A stretch of 64,000 nt of DNA. Source: Heterodontus francisci. Its lineage: Eukaryota. Shown piece after piece: positions 53,126-64,000 of this stretch (positions within the stretch are counted from its first letter, which is position 1; the number at the start of each line of letters is the position of its first letter). The DNA is taken from the NCBI RefSeq assembly GCF_036365525.1, contig NC_090374.1, positions 99,690,762 to 99,754,761 on the forward strand. The letters are read 5' to 3'. A program made the translations under genes and the position numbers. The notes beneath the pieces were generated by a model that was not told where the DNA came from, did no database searches, and saw only the letters and a program-made list of their open reading frames with translations.

Positions 53126-55169
53126 TGTTGTATGCAAAACTTTTATATTCCTTTTTATTTGCAAAATTACAATTAATTAATAAATAACTACATAGTTTAC
53201 ATTTGTCACTGGATGGAGATCTAAAAACATAACACTATAAAGTTTTCTCTACTATTGGAACGTTTTATGCTTTTATTTCTGTCATAAAAATGATTTGCAA
53301 TAACCTGAAAGTTTTTTTTTCCTTTGGGATTAGTTATTTAATGTAAGAACAGCAATCAAGTAGTAACCATTTCATCAGAACTCTTTTTTTTAACTGAAAT
53401 GTCTGCTATGTGATTTAGGCAACATTAGTCATGTTTGAAGTTTTATTTTGCTCAATGTTTGCTTGGAATTTGATTTTAAAGTTGTTAAAACTTTGATTTG
53501 CACTTGTTTAGTTTTGTTTTTTTCTTAGAATCCCATGGCACTATTGTTTGAACAAGTAAACTTGTAATGCAATCCTAAATATGATGTAAAAGCTGTAGAA
53601 GTTGACACTGGATATGAGTTTTTTTTTAAAAGAGAAGGGTTGTATCATCTGCAACACATTTAGAAATCCCAAATGCAAAAATGATTTTTTTTCCATTTCT
53701 CTTTTTTTGTATATATGATTGAGGTTGTCTAAAGATGGGGCTGTTGAAATCCAAGGATTTTTGTTCTCAGCCCTATGAGGTTATTGATTTAGCACAAGCA
53801 GATAGAAAAATAATTTAGGAAGCTGTATTCAGTGAACTTGTATTCAGCACTTTCCTGAAATCAAGTCATAAGATAGGAAGCTTGAAACACAAGATTATTG
53901 AAGTGAGGTCTGTTAATGGCCATCATTATACAGTTGGGATAGTAATTGCTCCAGGGTGAAGTCCTCCATGCACTATGTTTAAACAAATGTACTCTGACAA
54001 ATAAACACAGGAACTGTTAAGATAATTGATTTTACTTTTAAAGGACTATAACCCTTTAAAGGGAGTATGTGCTTATGTATTAATTACCTGTATTTGCTTA
54101 ATAGGAACTATTGGATAAAGTGAACATTAACTCATGAGGGTATTTCTGTTTAGTTTTTACTGTGTTTATGATGAAAGGATTCATACACTATGTGGCTGAT
54201 AGGAGAATGAATGATCCCTTATGTAAAGCTGTAGAAACCCACATGGAAATGTGTGTTAATAGTATTAATCCATTTAAGATGTTTTTTTACAGATACTCCT
54301 TTCATGGTTTTACTTGGAAAAAATTCTTAAAATGACAAATTTTTAATAATTTATCTTTACAAAAACACTGGCAGTGCTGTACAAATCTTTCATAGGGCAT
54401 GCTAGAAAATTTGTTTTTATCACCCTGCATACCAGCTGGGATTCAGTTGCTAAAGAATCAGCTATTATTTAATCCTCAGCGCATCTTAACCCTTTATTCA
54501 AAGGATCCCTCTTTTTGTTTTTTTTTAGTCCATTACAAATTAAAAACATCAACATTGTCTACTCCTATTTCCCCCAAAATGTCTTCTCAACAAAATTGTT
54601 GCTATGACTGAGTTTAAAGAATAGTCATATCTAGTAAACTAGCAATCGTAGCACTGAGGGTCAGAGTGGCTCATGTTTCTATAAATTAACTCTGCCTTGT
54701 TAAAATTGCAAGAGGACAAACTTTGAATATAAACTGGGTGAAAAACAGAATTGGAATTTATTTCACAAACTTTTGATTATGATTATATTTTGTTATTTTG
54801 GAATTTAAAAAGATAGCCATATGGTGCTACGGTTGTAATTGCTCCAAGTACAAAATCTTTGTAAAGTAGCTGTCCAGGCAACCGCTGCTGGACAAGGGAC
54901 CACAAGATCTTATTCATACAGCTGAAAAGTAGTGCCATGGTGTTCTTGTTGCTACTTGATGTATAAGAAGGAAACCATTTGTTAGGCCAGTTTCTGGAAT
55001 AGGAAAGGAATAATGTGAAATGCTTAATTTTATTAAATTATTTTCTAATTCATTTGTATGAACATAACTTATTCTTAAGTTGCATATATTTGTCTTCTGG
55101 TGGCTGGGGGTTTTGCTTTATCTGGCTGTATTTGGCTTGCATATCTGAATAAGTATTCACCTCTCTTAG

Positions 55170-55228
55170 GACCTTTGCAGCAACAATGTTCCTTCTGCAT
55201 GCTTACTGATCAAAGGAACTGGGGCATG
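55170..55228 (+). CDS. SNCAIP: Candidate cassette exon equivalent to synphilin-1A exon 9A, 59 nt (DLCSNNVPSACLLIKGTGA+W)
   Basis: Acceptor ttcacctctcttag, donor TG|gtatgt; length 3n+2 and open; weak similarity to recalled human EMYSSCINLSSNMLIE; shifts the last exon into its long frame. Confidence 0.7.
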
Positions 55229-55743
55229 GTATGTTTGAATGCTACAAAAGGGAACTTACTTGATTCACGTATTATTGGCTGTTGGTTTTGTATTAACTTC
55301 ATCTTTTGTGTCATAAACCTAACAAGTATGGAACTAACTCCTGTTTATTCATTGTTAACTTTTAAGCCAAGCTAAATAATGTTCATTCCTAACTTCAGTC
55401 AGACTTAATTATTTTCTAACATACAAATTGTAGTTACTAAAACTTCTCTTCTGCATTATCCATTCTATAAATTGAATATTTAATCAGAAGTTACAGTTAG
55501 TGATCACTTCACCATAAAAATGCTCCCTCTTGCGTTCAGAAAATGTTTTTCAATTGATGTCTTTTTTCAGTAATTTTAAACAAAAGAAAAAATGTAATAT
55601 GATTAAAATCTAAGTAATAAAATGGGAACCTAATTATGTTTAATTTTTAACTAACATTTTCAGAATAGGCTGAAAGGGCTTACATTAATTTAGGTATTTA
55701 TAACGAATCCTGACAATGGAATGATAAAATTAATAAAAAAATT

Positions 55744-55937
55744 CTGGAAATACTCAGCAGGTCTGGCAGCATCTGTGGCGAGAGAAGCAGAGTTAACATT
55801 TCAGGTCTGTGATCTTTCATCAGAACTGGGCAGTTCTGATGAACGGTCACAGACCTGAAATGTTAACTCTGCTTCTCTCTCCACAGATGCTGCCAGACCT
55901 GTTGAATATTTCCAGCATCTGCAGTATTTTGCTTTTA
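55744..55937. mobile_element. Head-to-head inverted pair of Penelope-like ends, each with a hammerhead core
   Basis: 85-bp arms (55744-55828 and 55831-55915), about 5 mismatches, 2-nt spacer; cagttCTGATGA...GAAAtgttaact on both strands. Confidence 0.8.
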
Positions 55938-56705
55938 TTTTAATGGAATTATAAAATTTGCTAATTTTCCACATAATGAGATGCATGTTACTCATAGAAG
56001 TACTCATTGCTATCCTTCTGTGACATGTTTGTCCTATTAATTTGACACACATCTTTCCTCAATATTAATCAATGAATACTTCCTTAATCATCTGTATTGA
56101 AAAAAAGAGTCTGCCTAAAGGTTTATTTTTAAAATTAATGAATTGGCTGTTCTAAACCATATATCAGAATCTACAGTCTTCAAACAGGGTGGGATTTGTT
56201 TCTGCTGGAAAAAACAGATACCTATGAACTTGAATGTTTTTAAAAACCTAAACTCTATGAATATTATTGTCCATTTTCTCTTTTAAATCCCAAAGAAAAT
56301 TATTATTAGTGAAAGTTTAATTTGAATAAATCAAGAGCAAATGACATAACCACGTGAAAATAGGTCTCTCTTTTTCAGAAAAGGTGAAAAGCAAAGTAAT
56401 CTAATTGGCAGATATTCTTTTCCACAGAGCATTAGCTCAGCATGTCTCAAAATATGGCCAAACTGCCTTCTCTGCTTTGGTGTTGGATTATTATTCAAGA
56501 GTTTTCAGGGAGAAGTGGGTGGGGATAGAAAAGTGGGTGAAAGGAAAGAACAATCAATGAATTGTAAAGGAACCAAACTAATTTCAGTGTCTGCAATGCT
56601 GTGATGATAATTCATCTTCCAAAGATTTTTCTGAAACTTAATTTTTGTTGGTGATTATTAAAAATGTAGATATCTAACTATGTTTTAATCATTTTGTTGT
56701 TGTAG

Positions 56706-56720
56706 GCACAGCCACTTTAG
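56706..56720 (+). CDS. SNCAIP: SNCAIP terminal exon, canonical frame (AQPL*)
   Basis: Branch-like tctaac near 56673, acceptor ttttgttgttgtag, exon opens with GCA as recalled for human (A*). Confidence 0.85.
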   Translation, partial: AQPL

Positions 56721-56802
56721 TGACCAGCTCAAGAATTCTATGCTGAAGAATATCTTTGATAAAAACATGGAGGAAACAGAGTTACGAGAAATCTTCCTAT
56801 AA
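56706..56802 (+). CDS. SNCAIP: SNCAIP terminal exon, alternative 1A-type frame (HSHFSDQLKNSMLKNIFDKNMEETELREIFL*)
   Basis: 31 open codons after the first base, ending TAA at 56800-56802; resembles the recalled human 1A end ...KHIAEPESKELFL*. Confidence 0.8.
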
Positions 56803-57049
56803 ATTATGGTAGCTATAATGCAAATTCTATTCAGTGGTGGGACATCAGCATTCTGAAGCACATGATTCAGCCTCATGTAATCCAAACCTAGAACATAACA
56901 AATTGTATAAAAGGTGGTTTTTAATGAAAATCTGGAACAACAATAACCATATCTTCAAACTGTACCCAGGGAAAAGGGTGAAAAGGGAAAGAATGCATCA
57001 GGCTGAAGACAATAGGCTAGTGCTGCATTCCTAAATACAACAGCTGATT

Positions 57050-57055
57050 AATAAA
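57050..57055 (+). terminator. Candidate proximal polyadenylation signal AATAAA
   Basis: First AATAAA I noted after the SNCAIP stop codons; motif only. Confidence 0.3.
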
Positions 57056-57489
57056 TCCAGTGACCTGAATAAGGTCAACTTGTATTACTGGGCATACCTG
57101 TGCAGCCAATTTTGGACAGCTGCCTTATGACTCAAACACCATGTGTTGAGAAAAGTGGTCAGCAGTCTGTATCACACAAAAATATGTTTGTATTATCCTA
57201 ATTTCAGTGGAAATGTTTTTGAACATATGGTACAGAATGATCTGAGTTGTGTATCAGGCAAGTTGCACCGAATTTTATGCTAATCTTCCCATCGGTGAGT
57301 TATGTTATTTTTCCCAAGAATCTCTAGTAAATGCCGGAAAGTAAAACCTTGCGTAAAACCATTTGAAACCGGCATAAATAATTGTAGGTAGAGGAAAATG
57401 CTGAACTTACACCACGTTCCTTCTTCAGCTCCCTCCATGCAAAAGATTCAAATTGGAAGCCATCAAATTTTCACTTATGCACTTCGGGA

Positions 57490-58780
57490 GATCATAGGAA
57501 ATGGGAGCAGGAGTTGGCCATTCAGCCCGTCGTGCCTGCTCCACCATTCAAACAAATCATGACTGATCATCTACCTCTATGCCGTTTTCCCCACTATCCC
57601 CAAATCCCTTGATGTCGTTAGTATTCAGAAATCCATCGATTTCTGTCTTGAACATGCTCAACGATTGAGCTTCCACAGCCCGCTGGAGTCGAGAATTCCA
57701 CAGATTCACCACCCTCTGAGTAAAGAAATTCCTCCTCATCTCAGTCTTAAATGGCCTTCCCCTTACTCTGAGACTGTGTCCCCATGTTCTAGACTCACCA
57801 GCCAGAGGAACATCCTATCCACATCCACCCTGTTACACCCTGTAAGAATTTTGTGAGTTTCAATGAGATCACCTCTCATTATTTGAAACTCTAGAGAATA
57901 CAGGCCCAGTTTCTGCAATCTCTCCTCATAACACAATCCTGCCATCCCAGGGATTAGTCTGATGAACCTCTGTTGCACTCACTCTGCAGCAAGTATATCC
58001 TTCCTTAGATAAGGAGACCAGAATTGTACACAATACTCCAGGTGGGGTCTTACCAATGCTTTATACAATTAAAGCAATGCATCTTTACTCCGGCACTCAA
58101 ATCTCCTTCCAATGAAAGCCAACATATCATTTGCCGCCTTAATTGCTTGCTGCACCTGCACACCAGCTTTTAGTGACTCCTGAACAAGGACACTCGGGTC
58201 TCTTTGGACATCACCATTTCCCAACCTCTCACCATTTAAGAAATACTCTGCCTTTGTGTTCTTGCTACCAAAGTGGATCACTTAACACTTATTCACATGA
58301 TATTCCATCTACCACGTTCTTACCCATTCACTTAAACGTCAAAATCCCCTTGAAGCTTCCTTGCATTCTCCTCACTACTTACATTCCTTCCTAGTTTTGT
58401 GTCATCTGTAAATTTGGAAATATTACAATTGGTCGCCATATCCAAGTCATTTATATAGGTTGTGAACAGCACTGATTCTTGCATTACCCCACTAGTAGCA
58501 ACCTGCCATCCTGAGAATGGCCCATTTATTCCTACACTCTGCTTTCCATCTGTTAACCAATTCTCAATCCATTGCAGTATATTACCCCAAATCTCATGTG
58601 CTCTAATTTTGTTTACTAACCTCCAGTATAGGACCTTATGAAAAGCCTTCAGAAAATCCAAATGTACCACATTCACCGGTTCTCCTTTATCTATGCTACA
58701 AGTAACAGCCTCAAAAAATTCTAATAAGTTTGTCAAACATGATTTCCCTTTCACAAATCCATATTGACTCAGCCCAATCT
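57490..58780 (-). mobile_element. CR1 LINE, RT through 3' end
   Basis: KGKSCLTNLLEFF, FTDDTK, RNFFTQRVVNLWNS. Confidence 0.9.
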
Positions 58781-58837
58781 ACCACAAATTTGACGACTTT
58801 CGATCCTGTTACGCCTAACATTTTAGGCACACGTCTA

Positions 58838-58983
58838 CAGCACTGTGGATGTACCTACAACACATGGACTGCAGTGGTTCAAGAAGGCGGCTCACCACCG
58901 CCTGCTCGAGGGCATTTATGGATGGGCAATAAATGCTGAACTTGCCAATTACACCCACATCCCATGAACGAATGGGGAAAAAA
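58838..58983 (+). mobile_element. Short LINE 3' end, family of 264-870
   Basis: cagcactgtggatgtacctac...cacatcccatgaacgaat. Confidence 0.7.
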
Positions 58984-59596
58984 ACACATTCGGAACTGGC
59001 ATAAATTCAGGAAGTTCGCGTGAGTTACACTTTTACTGGGTGGTGGAGTTATGTTAAGAATTGGCATAAAAGATTAATCAAATTCGAGTGTAGCGTTAAA
59101 ATTGGGTGTAAAGTCACTTGCACCCAAATTTCCAAATCATTTGCCCCGAAAATCAGCATTATGCAGTACTTACGCTGTTGTTTCAGCATAGGTTTTCAAG
59201 AAACTATATATTTTTTTAAATGCTTCTTCGCCAGAGGTTGGATGAGGGCTTCATTGAGTTACTTTGTAGTCTGACAATGCATAATGAAAAGAGCATCTTT
59301 TATATGATCAGATTATAACCAAAATATTTGAAAATTTATCGTAGAAGTATTATGCATTGGACAGAATTTGAATTAGAAGTTAAAGGTGATGGTCATGGAG
59401 GGTTCTAGATTATCTTACAAAACTTTGGTGTGTTTATAAAATGTATCTAAAATAACCATGATTGGTCCATTTCCAGAATAGATAAAACAAGGTAGTAGCA
59501 TAAACTGTAGGAAGTCCATATATGCTTCTGTTTAAGGAGGCTTTCTCAATTTCTGACTGGGAAATGAATGCGGCAAGTTTATTTTTTGCTATCTAT

Positions 59597-60313
59597 GGGC
59601 TGAATTTTACCAGCCCCTCCCCGTCGTGCGCCGCAGTGGTGCTGGTTAAATGCTGCGGGGAGAGGCCCGCCTTGATCTGCAACGTCGAGAAGGGCCAGCT
59701 GCATATTACCGGCAGCGGGCCCTTCATAATATTCAAATCAACAGTAATGATATGTAAATTCACTTACCTGCTGGCGGTGGCCATCCCACGCCGATTTTAC
59801 AGCCGCTGTTCGTCTCTCGCCGCCTTCGGAACTCCACATGGTGGGGAGGGGGGAGAAATAACATTTTCAGGGCGGGAGGGGTTGGGGAGCGGGGAAAACA
59901 ATGTTTATTGGCTGTGGGGCTGGTAGGAAAGGGTTGAGGGCCAAAGGGAACAAATTTTTGGGGGGGAAGTTCGGGATATTATTAAAAGTTTATTATCGGG
60001 GAAGAGGGCAACTAATGTATAAATTACCCATTGTGGGGTGGGAGACGTGAGTTATATTTGAAATAACATTTTGTTTTTATTTCCCGGAGATCGGGACCTT
60101 TAAATTTTAAACAAACTGAAGGGCTTGAAGCTCTTTTAAAATGGCGCCTGCGCAATGGCGCGGACACAGTTGCCAGGGATGCGTCATCAGGGGCAGAAAC
60201 TCTGCTCCCTTTATTTAAATCAGCCCCCGCGTGTAATATCGAGGGGGCTGTGTGGCAGCAGTTACATTAGGGAAGGCCGCCGCTCTCTGTGTGAGCACTA
60301 ATAAAATCCAGCC
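59597..60313. mobile_element. Harbinger-like MITE
   Basis: TIR gggctgaatttta / taaaatccagcc; probable TSD TAT. Confidence 0.72.
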
Positions 60314-61769
60314 TATATTTCAACATAATATTTTTAAAGAATACTTCAAATATTTCGAACTTTGCTTAAAAATTGGGTTTATTTCATTTGGAAAACAACT
60401 GCAGTATTTCGACAACAGCTTGTTTGTGCTGGGTACCTAGGATGGTAGTAACAGATTCTTGAGTAATCTTTGCAAGCATTAAACTCTTTTATTGAATGAT
60501 CTTAACCTCCTAGATTCTAATGCATTCTGAAGTACCCAAATTGTGAAAAGCTAGCGAGACTACGTGACTCAGAATTCTTTCTTGCAGATCTCTGGATTTG
60601 CAGTCCCCTGAATTTCCTTGATGTTTGGATTTTCTCCCAATGACAAGAGGGCCAAGTTGTTTTTTATATAATTAGTTTTAAGGGTACACTTTGGGAGGTA
60701 ATATGAGGTGCATTCTCGCTAAATTTATCCCTTATGAATGCAGCCACCACTACTTCCTTTTCCTACGTTTAGAAAACACACCTCCCAATTTCAGCTGCAC
60801 TGTACCAACTCTGCAGAACACAAAACTACAATTACTTTAATCTTAATTCAGTTGCAAATGCACTTATTTCTGTTGAGAGAACTACTCAACTCACAAAAGG
60901 AAAAACAAAAAATTACAAGTAAGAAACATGAAATTTTGAGAAATAAGTTAAGGAAAAAGGCAAAATAATTAAGTATTGAACTTGTTTAACAGGGGAAAAA
61001 AAGGAAAATGTAATTAATTAATTGAAATCCCTAGGATACTATTTATAAATTATGCATAGTGGAAAGATCACCCATGTTTCTCTCATGCCTGAAAATTATG
61101 GAAGTATTATCCTCTGTTGCGGTACATTTTAACGTAACCTTGTTAAGTGAATGCTACATGACAATTAAGGAGATTTAAATTTTTGTTTTTCATTCCCACT
61201 TATAATTGACACCAGAACAGCAGAGACAGTTGTCAAAAGTCAAAAACAAACCTTAACAATAAGTCATTTACAGCCAAAAGCAGGGGTAAGAGTGGTTGAT
61301 AATCCAGGAATGCAGAGGGCATTGTAAGAGGAGGTACCAGACCTGTCACTTCTCCAGGTTCTGGATTTACTGCTACAGGGTCAACTACCTTAACCTTGCC
61401 ATTTGCCAAGATTTATAAGCAAAGGACACCATTAGAACTGCCTCTGGCAATGAAAGTTAACACTGCCTTAAATTATTATGCAAAAATGTCTTTGGAGGCA
61501 CCGTCATGAATTACTCACGGATGATGCATAATTTCTAAATAGTGCCCTAGGGAATTCACCACTTTAATTCATTGCACCTTCTCTACTTTTTTCCCCTGTT
61601 CAATTTAAGATTCTTGTTGTGATTTAAATTTCATTGTTGCCTTTTTCTTTACCTCACTTAGGAACTGGTGAGTTGGCAGTGTACCAGTACACAAAGTTCA
61701 TATAATTGCACTTGGGGCAGTAAAGATTTTTTTCCAACAGTAGTGTCATACAAAGTGTCAGATTGTACA

Positions 61770-62092
61770 CACCTCCTGCAGCACTACAACCATCTGATAG
61801 CTCCGTTCCTCCAAATCTGGGCTCTTGTACATCTCTTACTTCCTTTGCCTCACGATTGTCAGCTGTGACTTCAGCCATCTAGACACTAAACGCTGGAATT
61901 ACCTCCCAGAACCCCTCCATCTCTGTCCTCCTTTAATACACTCCTTAAAACCTACCTCTTTGACCAAGGTTTTGGCCACCTGATCTAATGTCATTTTCTT
62001 TGGCTTGGCCAATTTTTATCTGATTATGCTCCTGTAAAGTGCCTTGGGACATTTTATTACTTTAAAGGTGCTGTATAAATGCAAGTTGTTGT
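61770..62092 (+). mobile_element. L2 LINE 3' end
   Basis: ctccttaaaacctacctctttgaccaag...gtgccttgggacatt...tataaatgcaagttgttgt; similar to 52900-53125. Confidence 0.75.
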
Positions 62093-62169
62093 ATGCAGCT
62101 TATGTACAGCAACAACTTAGATTTATATAGAGCACTAGCAAGGAATTCTGATGAAATGTTATCAACCTG

Positions 62170-62610
62170 AAACATTGGGAGGAAGTTTATGGACGTGTGG
62201 GGTCTCGGCTGCCACCTGGAGAGCTGACGATAGACCTGCATTGCCGCCTTTGGGGGAAGGCCCGCTGTATCACAAGCCAATCAGGCACTTGAGAGGCCAC
62301 TGGTGGGCCTTTCCTGGATCAGGACCCTGGGGTGGGAAGTCCTGCCCACTGGAGCTGTCAGCCAGTCAGAGGCTGGCAGCTCTTTTGCTCAGCAACGCCA
62401 CTGGGGAGGTGGAGGCTGCTGCTGGAATGGCACCCACCAGAGGCTCAGGAACGTGGGGCAAGCCAGGCCAGAGGTAAGTGATGGCGGGTGAGGAGGGGGC
62501 TTTAGGAGTCAGCAGCAAGTTCACGGGGAGTGACTTTCAGGAGGAACCCCCTTCTCAATACCGGGTCCCTAGATCAGGCACTGAGTGCCTTTGAACGAGG
62601 GACTCCCTCT
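62170..62610. mobile_element. GC-rich MITE-family fragment
   Basis: Shares gggaagtcctgcc, gccagtcagagg and aatcaggcac motifs with 51530-52190. Confidence 0.55.
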
Positions 62611-62700
62611 GGGTTTTAACATTGCACTTTCCATCAACATCAAATAGCAGGTTGAAGATCCCTAAATCTATAATATGTAGGACCAGCAATGACATTAGAC

Positions 62701-62728
62701 ATCCAGTTCACACTAGTGTGAACTGGAT
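62701..62728. repeat. Perfect 28-bp palindrome atccagttcacactagtgtgaactggat
   Basis: 14-bp arms with no spacer. Confidence 0.9.
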
Positions 62729-63568
62729 TCAACAACTAAGTGTTGTAACTCCCCCCACCCCTCATCACATTGACCTATCATGTTGAACCATCATCCTTGC
62801 TTTAAATTGCAAACTGCTTCTTACTGACTGTACAAAATCAAATAAATTTCAGTGTAACTAATACAATTTATTTTTGTGGGTAGAACTCACAGTATTACTT
62901 TGTTCTACATATTCTATTGTTTACATGCATTTGCATTAGGTAACTAAAGGTTAACAGCCTCACATTATATCCATTTGTTTAATTATAGTGTTGATGGATA
63001 TTTGGGTTGGCTGGAGTTTAGTCAACTGGAATTTACAATCCATGTTTTGTACTTGGTTGTACAGCTGTACTTAGGATTTGTGCTGTTCACAATTTTTATC
63101 TTAAATGAATTTTTATACATTTTTTTATGAAACACTTCCCAGTAGTTTATTATATAAGTTAATCATTAACTAGTAACCAACAAACAGTTGATTTTTAAAA
63201 AATTATCGTTGCATCATGAACTCCTGGCTACTGCAGCAGAAGTAACATGTAATGTTTTGCTGAGGGTATATCACCTTGTTCCTTAATCTACAATCAAACC
63301 AATATAAAGAAAATGACCATAATGTAAAAAATGTTGTCCTAACTAATCTTCTGGATATTATCTGAATATTTGTTCTTTTAAATGAACTAAAACCAGAATG
63401 CATATTAATATTGTCGTTTTTTTTAACTAAATGATCTTTTATATCTTTGATAGTTTATCTATAAAATTGCTAAAATTGATGATCTTTGTTCTGTTGTGTA
63501 AATATACTTGAAGCCACAATAATTACAGAATAGAGCTTATCCATTCAAATATTTGTATTGTACACTCC

Positions 63569-63574
63569 AATAAA
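63569..63574 (+). terminator. Candidate distal polyadenylation signal AATAAA
   Basis: Ends an AT-rich, TGTA-rich tract and is followed by GT/T-rich sequence (agtttgtatgtttg, ttttgtttcatttttc). Confidence 0.4.
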
Positions 63575-64000
63575 AATGACAGTTTGTATGTTTGAAACAG
63601 ATCAGAATTTTTGTTTCATTTTTCGTATTACTCCAAATGGTGTGTATTCTGTGTCTTTTTTATCAATTCACTGATGGTACCCAAATGATTAACTTAACGC
63701 ATTTTCTTAAACCAAGTTAGAATTTTACAGCAGAAACGGAAACTCTGAAGAACTATCCATCTACTCATGCTTGTATACACAAGTCTGGATTTGTGGTACT
63801 AACAATATTGTTAAAAATGACACCGATAGATAATCTAAGCGACAGACCCAAAGTTATTAAAAATATAGAATGGTTCCCTTCATTTAAAAAGAAGTTCTTA
63901 TACTTTTTACATTTGATTACGTAAAAAAACCAAGCAAGGGCAGTGCCCCATGCTGGACAATGGAAGCAAGGTGCTGAAGACAGATCTTGTGGTCAACCAT

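Larger units (their letters stand above)
1867..56802 (+). other. SNCAIP: SNCAIP (synphilin-1, alpha-synuclein interacting protein) gene span, 5'-partial
   Basis: Exons of 73, 875, 180, 114, 126, 170, 90, 1060 and 15 coding nt join in frame with GT-AG sites. Peptides such as VYSKFRPVKRVSPLKHQPE, LGELEHYDLDMDEILDVPYIK, ankyrin repeats and SPKSALKSPSSK-RTSQNLKLRVTFEEPVV match synphilin-1 as recalled. The start-codon exon is not in the window. Confidence 0.97.

Noticed and set aside
53529-53567. Strong acceptor followed by NPMALLFEQVNL*
   Set aside because: No recognisable homology and only a weak donor; cannot be supported without transcript data.
59597-60313. CpG-island promoter
   Set aside because: The CpG-rich block is bounded by TIRs and a TSD, so it is explained as a MITE.

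Overview
Vertebrate genomic DNA, most likely from a cartilaginous fish (shark-type HE1-like and Deu-domain SINEs, abundant CR1 and L2 LINE fragments, Penelope-like ends). The window holds nearly all of one + strand gene, the synphilin-1 orthologue SNCAIP. Nine coding exons (1867-56720, 2703 nt, 900 codons plus stop) splice in frame with GT-AG sites; the first coding exon lies upstream of the window. The main finding is a candidate 59-nt cassette exon (55170-55228) that shifts the terminal exon into a second open frame. This gives a 51-aa tail ending ELREIFL*, matching the mammalian synphilin-1A tail in design. Other features: minimal hammerhead ribozyme motifs at Penelope-like ends, a perfect 86-bp inverted repeat, a two-block inverted duplication bracketing three exons, a ~100-copy 20-bp minisatellite beside assembly gaps, nested LINEs and Harbinger-like MITEs. 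I found no prokaryote-type system (CRISPR, operon). All comparisons with human sequence are from memory and need checking by alignment; repeat boundaries are approximate.
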